The position numbers were made by a program, and so were the translations under genes. From assembly GCF_963921235.1 (NCBI RefSeq), contig NC_086097.1, forward strand, positions 87,174,001-87,238,000: 64,000 bases of DNA, written 5' to 3'. Under the pieces are notes generated by a model. It was not told where the DNA came from. It saw nothing but the letters and a program-made list of their open reading frames with translations, and ran no database searches. Origin of the DNA: Mobula hypostoma (taxonomy: Eukaryota). Shown piece by piece: positions 49,800 through 62,515 of this stretch (its first letter is position 1; each line of letters begins with the position of its first letter).

Positions 49800-50840
49800 T
49801 GAGCACTGCTCTGGTCCTTTACTTAATAAAAGGATGTGATAGCATTGGAAGCACCAGGCTAATAAATCAAATGAGAGGGTTTCCCTGTCAAGACTGTCTA
49901 GGTAGTTTGGGTCTGTATTCCTTGGAGTTTAGAAGAATGAGAGTGAACCTATTCAAACATATACAGTAGTGTGCAAAAGTCTTAAGCACATGTACATAGC
50001 TAGGGTACCTAAGAGTTTTGCAAAGTACTGTAGTAATTTTATGTATTGCATTGACTGCTGCCGCAAAAAAAAAACAAATTTTGTGGCATATGTGAGTGAT
50101 GATAAATCTGATTTTGATATGGGTCTCTATTGTGGACTGAGAGTGGGAAAAGGGGAAGGGGGAGATGAGGGAGCGGGAAGCCCAGAGAGACATTCTGTGG
50201 TGATCAATAAACCAATTGTTTGGAATCAAATGACCTTGCCTGCCGTCTCAGGACTGGGTGTATCTGCACTCATGCCATTTTTACCCATGGCACTCCTCTG
50301 TCACCTGTGCCACACCCTTCCCACAGCATTCCACCCTTGCAATTCTCAATATCCTTTGCTCCCACCAGGTTTACAAACTTGCGCTTCCCTCCACGTTGAC
50401 ATATACAATACCATGCAAAACACTTAGGGATGCTACCTATATGTTGTATATATGTGCCTAAGACTTTTGCATAGTACTACAAGTTCATAAGAGAGCTTGA
50501 GAGGATAGATATTGAGATGTTTTTGCTTATGGAAGACTCACAAACAAGTGGATGTAACTACAAAATAAGATGCCAGTCATTTAAAATTCAAGCTTTTTCT
50601 CAGAAGGTAGTGAATCTCTAGAATTCCCTGTCAGGGTATTGGAAGGCATATCATTACATTGATTCAAGGTGGTTGGATAAATAGTTAAAAAACTGGGGAA
50701 TTCTGGGTTATGAAAAACTGTTACAGCCAAAAGATAAGCCCAGCATAGATCAGCAATGATTAGACTGGATGGTTTGCAGGTTTCAGGTCTTGCTGGCCTC
50801 CCTAACCCTAACCCTACTCCTGCTCCTGTTTTCATGTGTT
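49800..50840 (+). mobile_element. Decayed CR1 3' part hosting composite Tc1-like copy 3
   Basis: LGLYSLEFRRMR; resumes after 50480 with gcttgagaggatagat and agaaggtagtgaatct. Confidence 0.75.
49964..50479 (+). mobile_element. Composite Tc1-like element, copy 3 (both palindromic ends present)
   Basis: Left unit 49964-50030, right unit about 50405-50479; inserted at a TA in CR1. Confidence 0.87.
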
Positions 50841-51974
50841 CTTGTGTTTTCCCTGCTACCTGCACTTCTCAATTACAAACATGAGAGAAAAACTTGACAA
50901 TCCCCTTCAAAAATTGCTGATGTTGCATTCAGTTTTCTAAATTCTGGAGTTCCTTTGCTAAATCTCAATATTTTCTTATTCTCTTTCAAAACACACAACT
51001 ATATAGCTACTTGTGCTGTGTGCTACATGTAGTGCGATGTGTGCTGTTGGTAATGTATTTTTCAAATTTGCCCCGGAAGAACGCTATTTCGTTTGGCTAT
51101 ATTCCTGTATAGTTGAATGATAATTAAACTTGAACTTGAACAACTGCCTTTTAGTATCTCTTCATTTAGAGAATAGTTAGTTTTTGTCTGATAACATTCC
51201 TATGACGCACCTTGAAATGATTTATAGTATAAACACAATCTGTTACTGTTACTGTAGTTTGACTCAATATCTGATATTACACAAAGATAATACTTCAATT
51301 AACAACTGCGTCTGAATAGTCATATAAATGGCTGTGTTTAAGTAAACCTGATCTCACAACTTAGAAATCCACATGCCAATAAAGCTGCAGAATTTACATC
51401 AATAAATCTTATTAATTAGAGGATATTACTAGAAGAAATAAGCAAGATAACAATAGGTCATTAAAATCTAAATGGTTAATTTGCATCCATCATCTGACTC
51501 ATGTGCAACCCTGCCTACTGGGCTGCACCTGACTCCAATCCTACATAACTCAGTTGAACAAAAGGATAGATAGTAGTGAACTCTGTTGGACTGTCAGACA
51601 TCTCTCGCCATATAGCATTAAAACAAGTGTTCACCAAGTGTACACTAACTACCATGTGCCCATTTTCCCTGATCCTATTTTCTCTTCACATCCCCATCAA
51701 CTTCCCCAGATCTTACCAAGCACCTACACACAAGGGGCTATTTGAAGTGGCCAATGAACCTACCAATGGAGTAACTTCAGAACCCTTTAAACAGGATAGA
51801 AATATGTCACCCATAATGCCAAAAGGCGGATGAAGTAGCAAAGAGGAATCAAAAAAAATCTAGCTCCATTGAAGTAAGTGAATCGACAGATGTAGAATAG
51901 ACCCTTTCCGTTTTTATAATGGAAATTTATTTCACTTTAAGTTAGATTTCTTAATTTAATTGGTAATTAGTTTA

Positions 51975-52472
51975 TATTACTGAGATACAGTGAAATCTTT
52001 ATTTTGCATGCCATCCATACAAAACATTTCAAAATGTAAGTATATTAGCACAGCACATTGGAAAAGCAATAACAGAATGCAGACTATATTGTTACAGTTA
52101 CAGAGAAAGTGCAGTGCAGGTAGACAATAAAATCCAAAGGCCATGACCAGGCAGATTGTGTGGACAAAGTTCATCCTTATCATAGAAGAAGCCTGTTCAA
52201 TAGTCTTATAACAGTGGGATAGAAGCTGTCCTTAAGCCTGGGGTTTGGCTTTTGTATCCTCTGTCTAACGGAGGGGCAAAGAAGAAGAAACTTGCGGATA
52301 GGTCAGGTTTTTAATGAATTTGGCTGCTTTTCTGAGGCGTTGGGAAATGCAGATGGAGTCCATGAAGGAGACTGGTTTTTGTGTTGGACTGAGCTGTGTC
52401 CACAATTCTCTGTAATTTCTTGCTGTTTTGGATAGAGCAGTCAGCGTACCAGGCTGTAATACATCAAAATTG
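51975..52472 (-). mobile_element. Rex1/Babar 3' fragment (continues briefly at 53788-53806 after Penelope)
   Basis: ctgagctgtgtccacaattctctgtaatttctt...taccaggctgtaatacatc | gatgttttctatgatgca. Confidence 0.75.
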
Positions 52473-52570
52473 CAAACACGAGGAAATCTGCAGATGCTGG
52501 AAACTCAAGCAACACACACAAAATGCTGATGGAATGCAGCAGGCCAGGCAGCATCTATAGGAAGAAGTAC

Positions 52571-52606
52571 AGTCGACGTTTCGGGCTGAGTCCCTTCGTC
52601 AGGACT
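52571..52606 (-). ncRNA. Minimal type I hammerhead ribozyme motif, intact core
   Basis: Minus strand agtc-CTGACGA-a-ggg actcag ccc-GAAA-c-GTC-gact: stem I agtc/gact, stem II ggg/ccc, palindromic ACGT stem III. Confidence 0.85.
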
Positions 52607-53675
52607 AACTGAAAGAAGAGATAGTAAGAGATTTGAAAGTGGGAGGGGGAGGGGGAGATCCGAAATGATAGGAGAAGACAGGAGGGGGAGGGATGGAGCT
52701 AAGAGCTGGAATGTTGATTGGCAAAAAGGATACAGAATTGGAGAAGGGGGAGGATCATGGGACAGGAGGCCTAGGGAGAAAGAAAGGGGGAGGGGAGCCC
52801 AGAGGAAAAAAAGGGGAGGAATAAAAATAAATAAGGGTTGGGGTAAGAAGGGGAGGAGGAGCACTAATGGAAGTTAGAGAAATCAATGTTCATGCCATCA
52901 GGTTGGAGGCTACCCAGATGGAATATAAGGTGTTGTTCCTCCAACCTGAGTGTGGCTTCATCTTGACAGTAGAGGAGGTCATGGATTGACATATCAGAAT
53001 GGAAATGGGACGTGGAATTAAATCGGAACAAGTGCTACACATGCCTTTACACTTCCTCCCTTTCCACCATTCAGGGCACCAGACAGTCCTTCCAGGTGAG
53101 GTGACACTTCACCTACGAGTTGGCTGGTGTGGTATACGATATCCGGTGCTCCCGTTACGGCCCTCTATATATCGGTGAGACCCGATGCAGACTGGGAGAC
53201 CATTTCGCTGAACACCTACGCTCTGTCCACCAAAGAAAGCAGGATCTCCCAGTGGCCACACATTTTAATTCCACGTCCCATTCCCATTCTGATATGTCAA
53301 TCCATGGCCTCCTCTACTGTCAAGATGAAGCCGCACTCAGGTTGGAGGAACAACACCTTATATTCTGTCTGGGTAGCTTCCAACCTGATGGCATGAACAT
53401 TGATTTCTCTAACTTCCATTAATTCCCCTCCTCCCCTTCTTACCCCATCCCTTATTTATTTTTATTCCCCCCCCCACTTTTTCCCTCTGGGCTCCCCTCC
53501 CCCTTTCTTTCTCCCTAGGCCTCCTGTCCCATGATCCTCCCCCTTCTCCAACTCTGTATCCCTTTTGCCAATCAACTTTCCAGCTTCTTCCCTCCCCCTC
53601 CTGTCTTCTCCTATCATTTCGGATCTCCCTCTCCCCCTCCCACTTTCAAATCTCTTACTATCTCTTCTTTTAGTT

Positions 53676-53711
53676 AGTCCTGATGAAGGGTCTCGGCCCG
53701 AAACATCGACT
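53676..53711 (+). ncRNA. Minimal type I hammerhead ribozyme motif
   Basis: agtc-CTGATGA-a-gggtctcggccc-GAAA-c-ATC-gact (G>A change in stem III). Confidence 0.78.
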
Positions 53712-53956
53712 ATACTTCTTCCTATAAATGCTGCCTGGCCTGCTGCGTTCCACCAGCATTTTGTGTGTGTTGCATATATCTAAATTGGATGTTTTCTATG
53801 ATGCAACCATAATAATTGGGGCTGTTCACCTTCAGAAACAGAAACAAGCTGTCTTTCTCTTACAAGCTGGTAAGTTATTTGACCCTTACCCTCACCTTAT
53901 AAAAACAAAAAGTTAATAAAGATTGGTTTATCTCATGTAGCACTGTTGGCCTAAGT

Positions 53957-54038
53957 CAGGAGTTCCCAACCTGCGGTCCACGGACTCCTTAGTTAATGGT
54001 ATGGCTCCATGGCATAAAAAAAAGATTGGGAACCCCTG
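53957..54038. mobile_element. 82-bp hAT (Charlie-type) MITE
   Basis: caggagttcccaacct ... agattgggaacccctg; 8-bp TSD GCCTAAGT on both sides. Confidence 0.9.
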
Positions 54039-54684
54039 GCCTAAGTCCATAGCATGGCTACAATGTAGTTAGCAGCAGATGAGTATATAGCACAGTTCCT
54101 TCCACTGGAAAGACTTGGTGAAAATAAAGAAAATGGGAATCACCGGAAATGTTTTCAAAGCAAGAATGAGCCATGGGTATGATCAACTCAGAACATTGCG
54201 TACATTTTCTAATAGTCATAGTACAAATAAGGATAATGAAATTATTCAGGGTTGATGGAAAGATTGAAGCAACAGAAAGATTACATTAAGTAAATAGGGC
54301 ATTTTTCACTAGAAAATAGATTAGAATCAATATTATTGGTGTGTTTAAGATCCTAAAGAAACTAGATAATGTAAAAATAACAAGCTCTAACGTTTTGCGT
54401 CAAACAGTAGAAACAGAAGGTACAGTCTGCATTGGCAGAGAATTGCACAAACTGATCAATAGAAAGAATATTTCAACAAGTCACTGGTCAGTCTATTTGA
54501 CTGCTTCTATAGAGGTATTGTTGAAAGCAGTTAGAATTAATTCATTCAAACATATAGATAGATATTGTTTACAATATAATGCATTACAAGTTGTTTAAGA
54601 CCCTGGCATGTGAAGTATAACATGCTTAGGAGAAGTAGGTGATATTGGCCCTTTGAGTTGATTTGTGACTGATTAGTGATGGTA

Positions 54685-56430
54685 GATTCAAAGACAAAGT
54701 CAAAATAAATGTATTGTCCAAGTACATACTACCCTGAAATTCATTTTCTTGCAGGCATTTACAGGAAAGTAAAGACATACAATAGAATTTATGAAAACTA
54801 TATATAAACAAAGAGTGACAAATAACCAATGTGCAAAAGAGGACAAAAAAAATACCGAGAACATGAGTTATAGAGTCTTTTAAAGTGAGTCAGTTGGTTA
54901 AGGAATCTGCTCAGATTCCTCAATAAATATTCCTGAATGTGGTGGGGGTGGGACCTAAGGATCTTGTACCTCTTGTGTGATGGTAGCAACAAGCAGAGTT
55001 CATGGCCTGGATGGTGGAGGACCTCGACACTGCTTTCTTGTGTGTAAATGTGCTCATTTGTGGGATAGGCTCTTCATGTGATAGACTGGCCTGTATCCAC
55101 CACTTTCTGTAGATGTTTCGGTTCTGTTCCTGGGCGTTGGTTTTTCCATACACAACCAATCAGAATATTCTCCAATGTGCATCTATAGAAGTTTGTCAAG
55201 GTTTAGATGACATGCTGAGTCAACACATACTTCTAATAAAGTAAAAAGTAGAATTTCTTTGAAATGATAATGACAAGGAATTTAAAGTTAATGACCCTCT
55301 CCACCTCCATTCCCCTAATGAGGACTGGCATATAGACCTCCAGCATCTTCCTCCTGTAGTCGATAATCAGTTCTTTGATTTTGCTGACATTGAGTGAGAT
55401 GCTATTTTTGTGGCACTATTCATCCAGATTTTCTATCTCCCTCTATATGCTGATTCGTCACCACTTTTGATTCAGCCAACAACAGTGGTGTGGTCAACAA
55501 ACTTAAATATAGCATTGAAGTTGTACTTAGCCATGCAATCAAGGATATCAAGTTAGTAGAGCAGGGTGCTAAGCACAGAACCTTGTGGTGCATCTATGTT
55601 GATGGTGTTTGTGGAGGAGATATTGTTGCCAATCTGAACTGACAAGGATGAACAAGTGAGGAAATTGAGGATCCAGTTGCAGAGGGAGATATCAAGACCT
55701 AGGCCTTGAAGCTTAGTGATTAGTTTTGAGGGCATGATAGTGTTGCATGCTGAGCTGTAGTCAAAAAAGACCATCCTGATGTATGCATCATGACTGTTCA
55801 GTTGTTCCAGGGTTGAGTAAAGAGCCAATGAAATGGCACCTGTTGTTGCCTGTTGTGATGGTAGGCAAATTGAAGTGGATCCAGTTCATACCTCTGACAG
55901 GGGTTGCTACGCTTCATAACCACCTTCTCAAAGCACTTCACCACAGTGGATGTAAGTGCTACTGGATGATAGTCAATGAGGCAGGCTACCATGTTCTTCT
56001 TGGGCACAGATGTGATCAAAGTCTGCTTCAAGCAGACTGCCAGAGTGAGAGGTTGAAAGTGTCTGGAAACACTCTAGCCCGTTGACCAGCACAGGCCTTC
56101 AGTACTCGTCCAGGTACTCCGTCTGGGCCAGATGCTTTCCATGGATTCACTCTCCTGACATCAGCCTCAGAAACTAAAATCACAGGATCTTTGGTGGCTG
56201 TAGTGGTTCATGAAGGCGTCATGATATGTTGGTCAAAGCAAGCATATAGGACATTGAGCTCATCTGGAAGCGAAATCTTGTTGCTTGGTTTTGTATTGTA
56301 GGAGGCGATGCCATTCAAGCTCTTCCATAGCTGTGGAACATCAAGTCTTGTCCAGAACTGCCACTTCACACATGAGATGGCTTTCCTGAGGCCATACCTG
56401 GACCTCTTGTACTTTCCTATATTCTCACCA
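54685..56430 (-). mobile_element. Rex1/Babar LINE, decayed RT region and 3' end
   Basis: VPKKN..CLIDYHPVALTSTVVKCFEK, LDPLQFAY, YIRMVFFDYSSA.NTIMPSKL, APQGSVLS. Confidence 0.9.
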
Positions 56431-57099
56431 TTCACAAAAGTCGCACTTCCACGTTTTTCAGTTTGATCGCTCTAAAATCTTTCAGCTACAAGCTGCCGAC
56501 TTCAGCACAGCATATGCCATCTTGTTTCAAGTTACGTCAGCTTTAGCAGAGGACCTTTTGACCTTCAACAATGGAGAGCATTGAAAGTTTGTTCTGCAAT
56601 AATTTTCCTAACAGAAATGCTTGTTTAAATCAAGGAGTTTGCATGTTTACATGTGACTATTAGGATGAGGGAAATGTGGCCTAAAGTCACCTGCCACTGG
56701 CAGTGGCACTGGTGCCTGTATGAGCTAGACTCTTTAAAGTTGCCTGATATTTCATCTTTGATTTCCTTAAGGCCAGTCAACAACCATTTCATTGTGCTTT
56801 CTGCTACATGCTTCCTCACTGAAATATTCAAATGTGTTTACTGAGACAGAACTGATGTGTCAAACAGGCAGTTGGCATCTCTCTGTCCTGGGGACGTGAA
56901 CAGCTGGCAGTTCACTTCGTCTAAGCTAGTGCCTGTAGGATGCAGTTGGTATTAAGTTGGTTGCTGCAATTGTCAGACCAAGTAACAAAATATTTTCTTC
57001 ACCACACTTCTCAGGTGGAGTTGTCAGTGCTGCTTGGTGAAGCAAATTTCTTAGCTATGTGCAGGAAGGCACAAAGCTGAAAAATGATGCCTGGGAGTG

Positions 57100-57560
57100 G
57101 AATGAGTTCAAGAAAGAGGCCTTTGTACCTGCAAAATCAGAAGAGTTATGAGTTGAAGTGGAAATAAGCTGAATTACAATAGTTAAGGAATGGTCATGGT
57201 ATCTTGGCCCCTGCCCCATAGATGGACAAAGAGTCTGTGATGGTCAGTCCAAAAATGTCAAGCTTCTCAAGGGTGGGTGGGTAGTCAGCATGTAGAGCTG
57301 AAAACAGTTTGCTACTGCTGTTGAGACAGGTGTTACACTATGTTCAGCTGGAGAAAGGAAAGTGTTATAGAGCATGTCTGGTAGTGAAACAGCCGGATTG
57401 AATAGATTGCAGGCCATGAAATGTGGTTATAAAGTTTACAATGGTGGAAAGTGTGTGAAGGCATTGGAATGTTTGATCATATCTTTAATTAAGAATTGAG
57501 AAGTTTGGATACATTGCACTGAGCAATGTTTGGCTATTGGTGCTGTTATAAGGAGATGGA
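57100..57560 (-). mobile_element. Highly decayed L2-like remnant
   Basis: Faint reverse-strand similarity to L2 RT (eroded YADD region near 57283-57297). Confidence 0.35.
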
Positions 57561-57620
57561 ATTTGATGTAAACATTGACCTTCATCGTGTATGATTATTG
57601 GATTTTGTTCTTGTTACTGT

Positions 57621-57792
57621 AAAAGAGAAAATGTTGGAAACACACCTTTCCATGCAGCAACTGTGGTAGAGAAAACAGAGGTCATGTTTCAGATCCTTTA
57701 TCATAACAGAGTTTATAAATGAAATATTAACTGAACTACTGTGTTTCCAACATTTTCTACTTTAACTCAGAATTCCAGCACCTCCAGCTTTT
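57621..57792 (+). mobile_element. Old Penelope-derived fold-back remnant
   Basis: Perfect 19-bp inverted repeat 57626-57644 and 57740-57758, with a one-sided tail cagaattccagcacctccag. Confidence 0.65.
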
Positions 57793-58046
57793 TTTTTTGT
57801 AGTTGGTTCTAGGGATCTGACTGCCTATGTTCACCTTAATTCCTGTCTCTAAATGGTGCTTGACTGTGTACCTGTATGTCTTCTTGATCACTGTGGATGG
57901 ATGACCTCTTTCTTCCTCTTCAGTTGGTTGAATATTAAGACTGGACTATCTGGATGCCTTTCTCCAGTTGTAACTGAAAAAAAATAACGGAAGAACTTTA
58001 GGCTGGCTTTCATCATCACTTGGCCTTGTTGAGGGCATTGACCAAA

Positions 58047-61000
58047 TGCAGTTAGTAACATAATTGGTGGAAGTGTATATAATTCACAACCACCGACATT
58101 GAGTTGGAGTTTCACTTTAAGAAGCTGGTCTGAGGTGCTGACAGAATTATATAAAGGGTTTTTTAGTGCAATTTGTGATCAGTTGTTTGGTGTTCAATTA
58201 ATGAGTTGCTATGGCTTTGGTGAAAACCTGCATTTGTCACACCAATGTTCTAGGATAATTCCAGAGTTATTGAACATGTTGGCCAATACAGTTGCTTTGA
58301 AACTGCCAGAGTTTTGGGAGCAAAATACCGTCGCTTGGTCCGTACGAGCAGATGCCGAACTTGCACTTCAAGAAATCTCTGCTGACAACACCAAATATTT
58401 CTATGTGATAACGTCACTCCGCAATTCTACGGCTGCAAGAATGGTGAGTCTACTTGAACACCCGCCTGAACATGATAAATAACAATCACGAAAACCCACC
58501 ATTTGCAAACTTCTGGACTCTCTTTGCCCAGCTGCAGCAATACTAGGCCTTCAAAGATAATGGGCCACCTGTTGTCTCCTCTGGGAAATCACCATCCTTA
58601 TTTTATTTTTTTAAGAACTCCTTGCAGCAAATGCCTGGTCAAGTTCACATAGCCTTCACTAATTCACCCAGGAAGGACAATAGGGAGCTTGCTAAAGTAG
58701 CTGATAGTCTACCGTGAGCAGGGCAGCAATGCATCATTCCTCTTCCCATCTCTACCTCAATAAGCCTAATCAGCAAGGCCCCCAATATAAGGATGCCCGC
58801 AGCCGTAAAACAGACAATGCCTCATTTGTGTTTTTACCATCACACTCGCTTTGGTATGAACGCTAGGAAGTGTCAACCGCCTTGCAACTTAAACAGTGCC
58901 AGCACATTGGTCCATGAACACAGTGGGTTCCAGCAGTCAGGGTTGTCTACTGTTCATTACAGGCACCCTTTCGGCTCAACACTTCTTCTGTGACACAGGA
59001 GCTCAAGTGAGTGTGCTGCCAGCATTGCCTATTGATAAGAAGTCAAAAAGTGATGAAACCTCGCTGGAGGCCACCAATGGCAGCAGGATCCAGACTTACA
59101 GGACACAATGGGTCGGCTTCAGTGGGTGACGTTACACATGGGACTTCATCCTGGCTAAAGAGGCTAGACTTCTGCTCGGTGCAGGTTTCCTGTGTGAGCA
59201 AAGTCTGTTAGTCAATCTTAAGAACTGCTGGCTTGTGGATGTTAAGGACTTTGAGCTGTTATGCTGCTTGAAATCTTGTTTGTGAACATGGAAAGACTTG
59301 GTAAGCTTTCATGGTTGCCAGCTTTTCTAGGACCAGTCTACGCGCGGGTATGGATTTGAGGGCCAATTGTGGAAATGTGTTGCTTGATCCCATGTTTTGT
59401 GACTGCAGTGGAGAATATGGGTTGAGTGAAGTTTGGGAATTTGCCCAGCAGTCGAGTAAACTCACATGTGGGGGTGCATGCGCTTGACAGAGTCATTGTG
59501 GGGAACTTACTGGGGGAGCAGCACAACAGCTCAAAGTCCCTAACATCCACAAGCCAGCAGTTCTTAAGATTGACCAACAGCCTTTGCTCACACAGGAAAC
59601 CGGCACCGAGCGGAGGTCTAGCCTGGCTTTGGCCCTCCACATGGTCCCTAAGTCCAATGGTGGTTGCCACCCGTGTGGCAAGTACTGGCAGTATAGCAAG
59701 GTCACCTCCCTCGATTATTACCTGGTCCCACACATCCAAGACTTTGCAGTATGTTTAGCCAGAAAGTTAATTTTTCTCCGAAGTTATTTTAATAAGGAAC
59801 TGCTATTAGATGCCTGTGTACTTGTAGAACATTCCCAAAACAGCTGTGATAACCCCATTCGGCCTCTTTGGGTTTCTCTTCATGCCGCTTGGTCTAAAAA
59901 TGCAGCACAGTCTTTCCAATGGCTGATGGACTCTGTATTAAAAAGCTTACATTTTCTTTTTGTTTACCTATGTGACATACTTATTGCCACAGCATCCCAA
60001 TCCAAACACGTATTCCATCTCCACATGCTTTTCAAGCGCTTAAGCAAACACGGGTTGATTACTAACCCTGCTTAATGCCAGTTTGAGTTGTCAACCATTG
60101 ACTTTCTTGGCCATCGCATCTCCACAGAAGGTGTGAAACTCCACCCATCAAAAGTAGCCACTATTATGGATTTCCCATCACCCCCACACTGCTAAAAAAC
60201 TACAGGAGTTTTTAGGCATGGTGAAATTCTATCACATCTTCATTCCGCAAGCTGCTGAACTTATGCTCCCCCGTATAGTGTGCTCAAAGACATACCCCTA
60301 ATCAAGTGCTTGACTGGTCAGTGGACATGACCGGGGCACTTGATGCTACCAACCAAGCTCATTCTAACATAACCCTACTGGGGCACCCGCTCCCAACACA
60401 CCCATAAGCATTACTACTGACGCTGCATGCTATGCTGTGGGTGGTGTGCACGACCAGTTGGTCGGAGGCGTGTGGTTGCCACTCGCCTTCTTCAGCCACC
60501 AGCCATGAGCTTCTCAGTCTCTATCTATCTGCCTATGCCTACCATTTTTGTTTCCTTCTAGAGAGTTACCATTTCATAGTGTCCGTTGACCACAAACCCC
60601 TCATACACGAGATGGCCAAAATATCAGACCCTTGGTCCGCAAGGCAGCAGTGCCACCTGGCCTACATATCCCAGTTCACAACTGATATACAACATATCAG
60701 GGGGAAAACAATGCCGTGGCTGATTGCCTCTTCACGGCCAGCCATTGAGGCTGTACACATAAGGGTTGATGATGCCGGAATGGTAGCTGACCTGGCTACT
60801 GATCCAAAGGATCTAGGCTCATAGAACAGCAGTCACAGGCCTGCTGTTGGCAAGTTTGGGGAAGGTGGGATGTTTATCCTGTGCGGTGTCTCAACCAGTC
60901 GCCCTTGCCCCATTGTGCCCACAAACTGGAGGCAGGCTGTTTTTGACTCCATACATGGCCTCCCACATCTGGGCTGGAAGGCCTCACAGAAAATGGTTGC

Positions 61001-62192
61001 ACTTATGTTTCTGTGGCACAGCCTACGAAAGGATATGTGTGATTGGACAGAGGCCTGTGTGGACTCCCGGTGGGCAAAAATTAACCATCATGATAAGGCA
61101 TTGTTGGCACCTTTTGAGGTCCCAGAGTGATGGTTTGACGGTGTGGACCTGCTGGTCCTATTCCCCCACCCGACCCCCGACCGCCGACCGCAGTTTCACG
61201 CACCTTCTTACCTCCTGGTGGACCGTTCCACCAGGTGTCCAGAGCTCATCCCCAATTCATATCAAATGTCTGGGTTGTGATGGCCGAGAACATCAGAGTT
61301 AAGCTGCATCACACCACAGCGCATCACATGCAGTCCAAATGCCCATACATGTGGTTTCACCATTCCTCAAAGGCTTCTCTGAGGGCTTCCCTAACTGATG
61401 AATGTTGACATGGCCATCTCCCATCGGTCCTGCTGCAGCTCAGAACTGCTGGAAAATAGGACCTGCAGTTGTCTGTGGCAGAGTTGGTATATGGGCAGCC
61501 ATTACAAGTACCAGGTGATTTCATTCCTGATGCCATGACTGCCTAGTCAGCCTCTCTATGGTGTCCTTCCCTCCTCAGTAAATTCAATTCCTTTTCACTT
61601 ATTCCGACCTCGCATCATGGCAGACAGCACTCTTGGGTTCAGATTGACCTACATTTCACCTCGTTTGTTTTCGTCCGCCATGACACACATCAGCATCCCC
61701 TTAGGCCCCCCTACAATGGCCTGTTCTGCATTTTGGAAAGGGGAGAAAAAACTTTTATCATAGGTAAGAGGGGTAAAACTGAATGTATTTGGGTACATTG
61801 CCTTAAACTGGCCCACCAACATTTGGAGGATTCTGCTACCATCACAACTTGACCATAAGTGCCAACATACCTCTGGAAGAGCCAGAGGAACCGGCTGTTC
61901 CTCCACCCTTGGAACATAGTACCCAAGCCAGGCAGTTCATCCGAGCTCCAAATGGGCTCACAATGTGGGGGGGTGGGGTGCATGTATCATGTAACATAAT
62001 TGGTGGAAATGTATATAATTCACAACCCCAACATTGAGTTGGGGTTTCTCTTTAAGAGGCTGGTCTGACTGATGTAATTACATAACAAGTTCTTTAAGTG
62101 CATTTTATGTTCAGTTTTTGATCTGTAAATGAGCTGCTATGGCTTTTCTGAAACATAGAATGCCTCCTCTGTTTTATTGGTGAAAACCTGCA
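58047..62192 (+). mobile_element. Full-length decayed Gypsy LTR retrotransposon (CsRN1-like); LTRs 58047-58232 and 61983-62192
   Basis: Gag VALKLPEFW...TKYFYV and CHCC motif CFYH...RFG.NARKC.PPC; protease DTGAQVSVLP; RT LHMVPK...KNAAQSFQ...FVYLCDILI; RNase H DHKPL; integrase FDSIHGL.HLG...C; G-rich PPT before the 3' LTR. Confidence 0.93.
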
Positions 62193-62339
62193 ATAGTTTA
62201 TTGGTGAAATCATGTTGATGGATCACACTATGAATCCTGATTGTGGCCCACATATGGTCAAATGGGCAGAAACTGTGCATCAGGATCTCAATGCACATTT
62301 TCCTGTGACATTCCTTTTATCCTCCTTTATCATTCAAAA

Positions 62340-62515
62340 ATTATTTGAGAGCACAGTAATGCTAAAAAGGGTTAAGAGGACAAACCGGGAGCATTATTTT
62401 AAGATAAGCAATACCATTGGAAAAAAGTGTCCTTGGCTCTCACTCGTGAATGCTGAATTTAGAAATGAGATCAGAAATAATTTCTTCACACCAAGAGCAA
62501 TTTATTCTTAAAATA
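62340..62515 (+). mobile_element. Decayed CR1 3' remnant
   Basis: gaatttagaaatgagatcagaaataatttcttcacaccaagag (F..EIR.NFFT.R). Confidence 0.5.

Larger units (their letters stand above)
52473..53773. mobile_element. Penelope-like element family A: GIY-YIG endonuclease fragment within long inverted pseudo-LTRs
   Basis: ORF 53120-53422 (VVY.IRCSR...LYIGET.CRLGDHFAEH...VATHFN...RLEEQHLIF.LG..QPDGMN); 52509-53023 is the inverse of about 53263-53773; TSD ata(c/t)atc(a/t)aaattg at 52459-52472 and 53774-53787. Confidence 0.95.

Noticed and set aside
53120..53422. GIY-YIG ORF as a domesticated host nuclease gene
   Set aside because: 5'-truncated, inside a TSD-bounded Penelope copy, and has substitutions in a likely Cys motif.
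58041..62200. Target-site duplication for the Gypsy element
   Set aside because: Flanks (accaaa / atagt) do not match; the element is too decayed to call a TSD.
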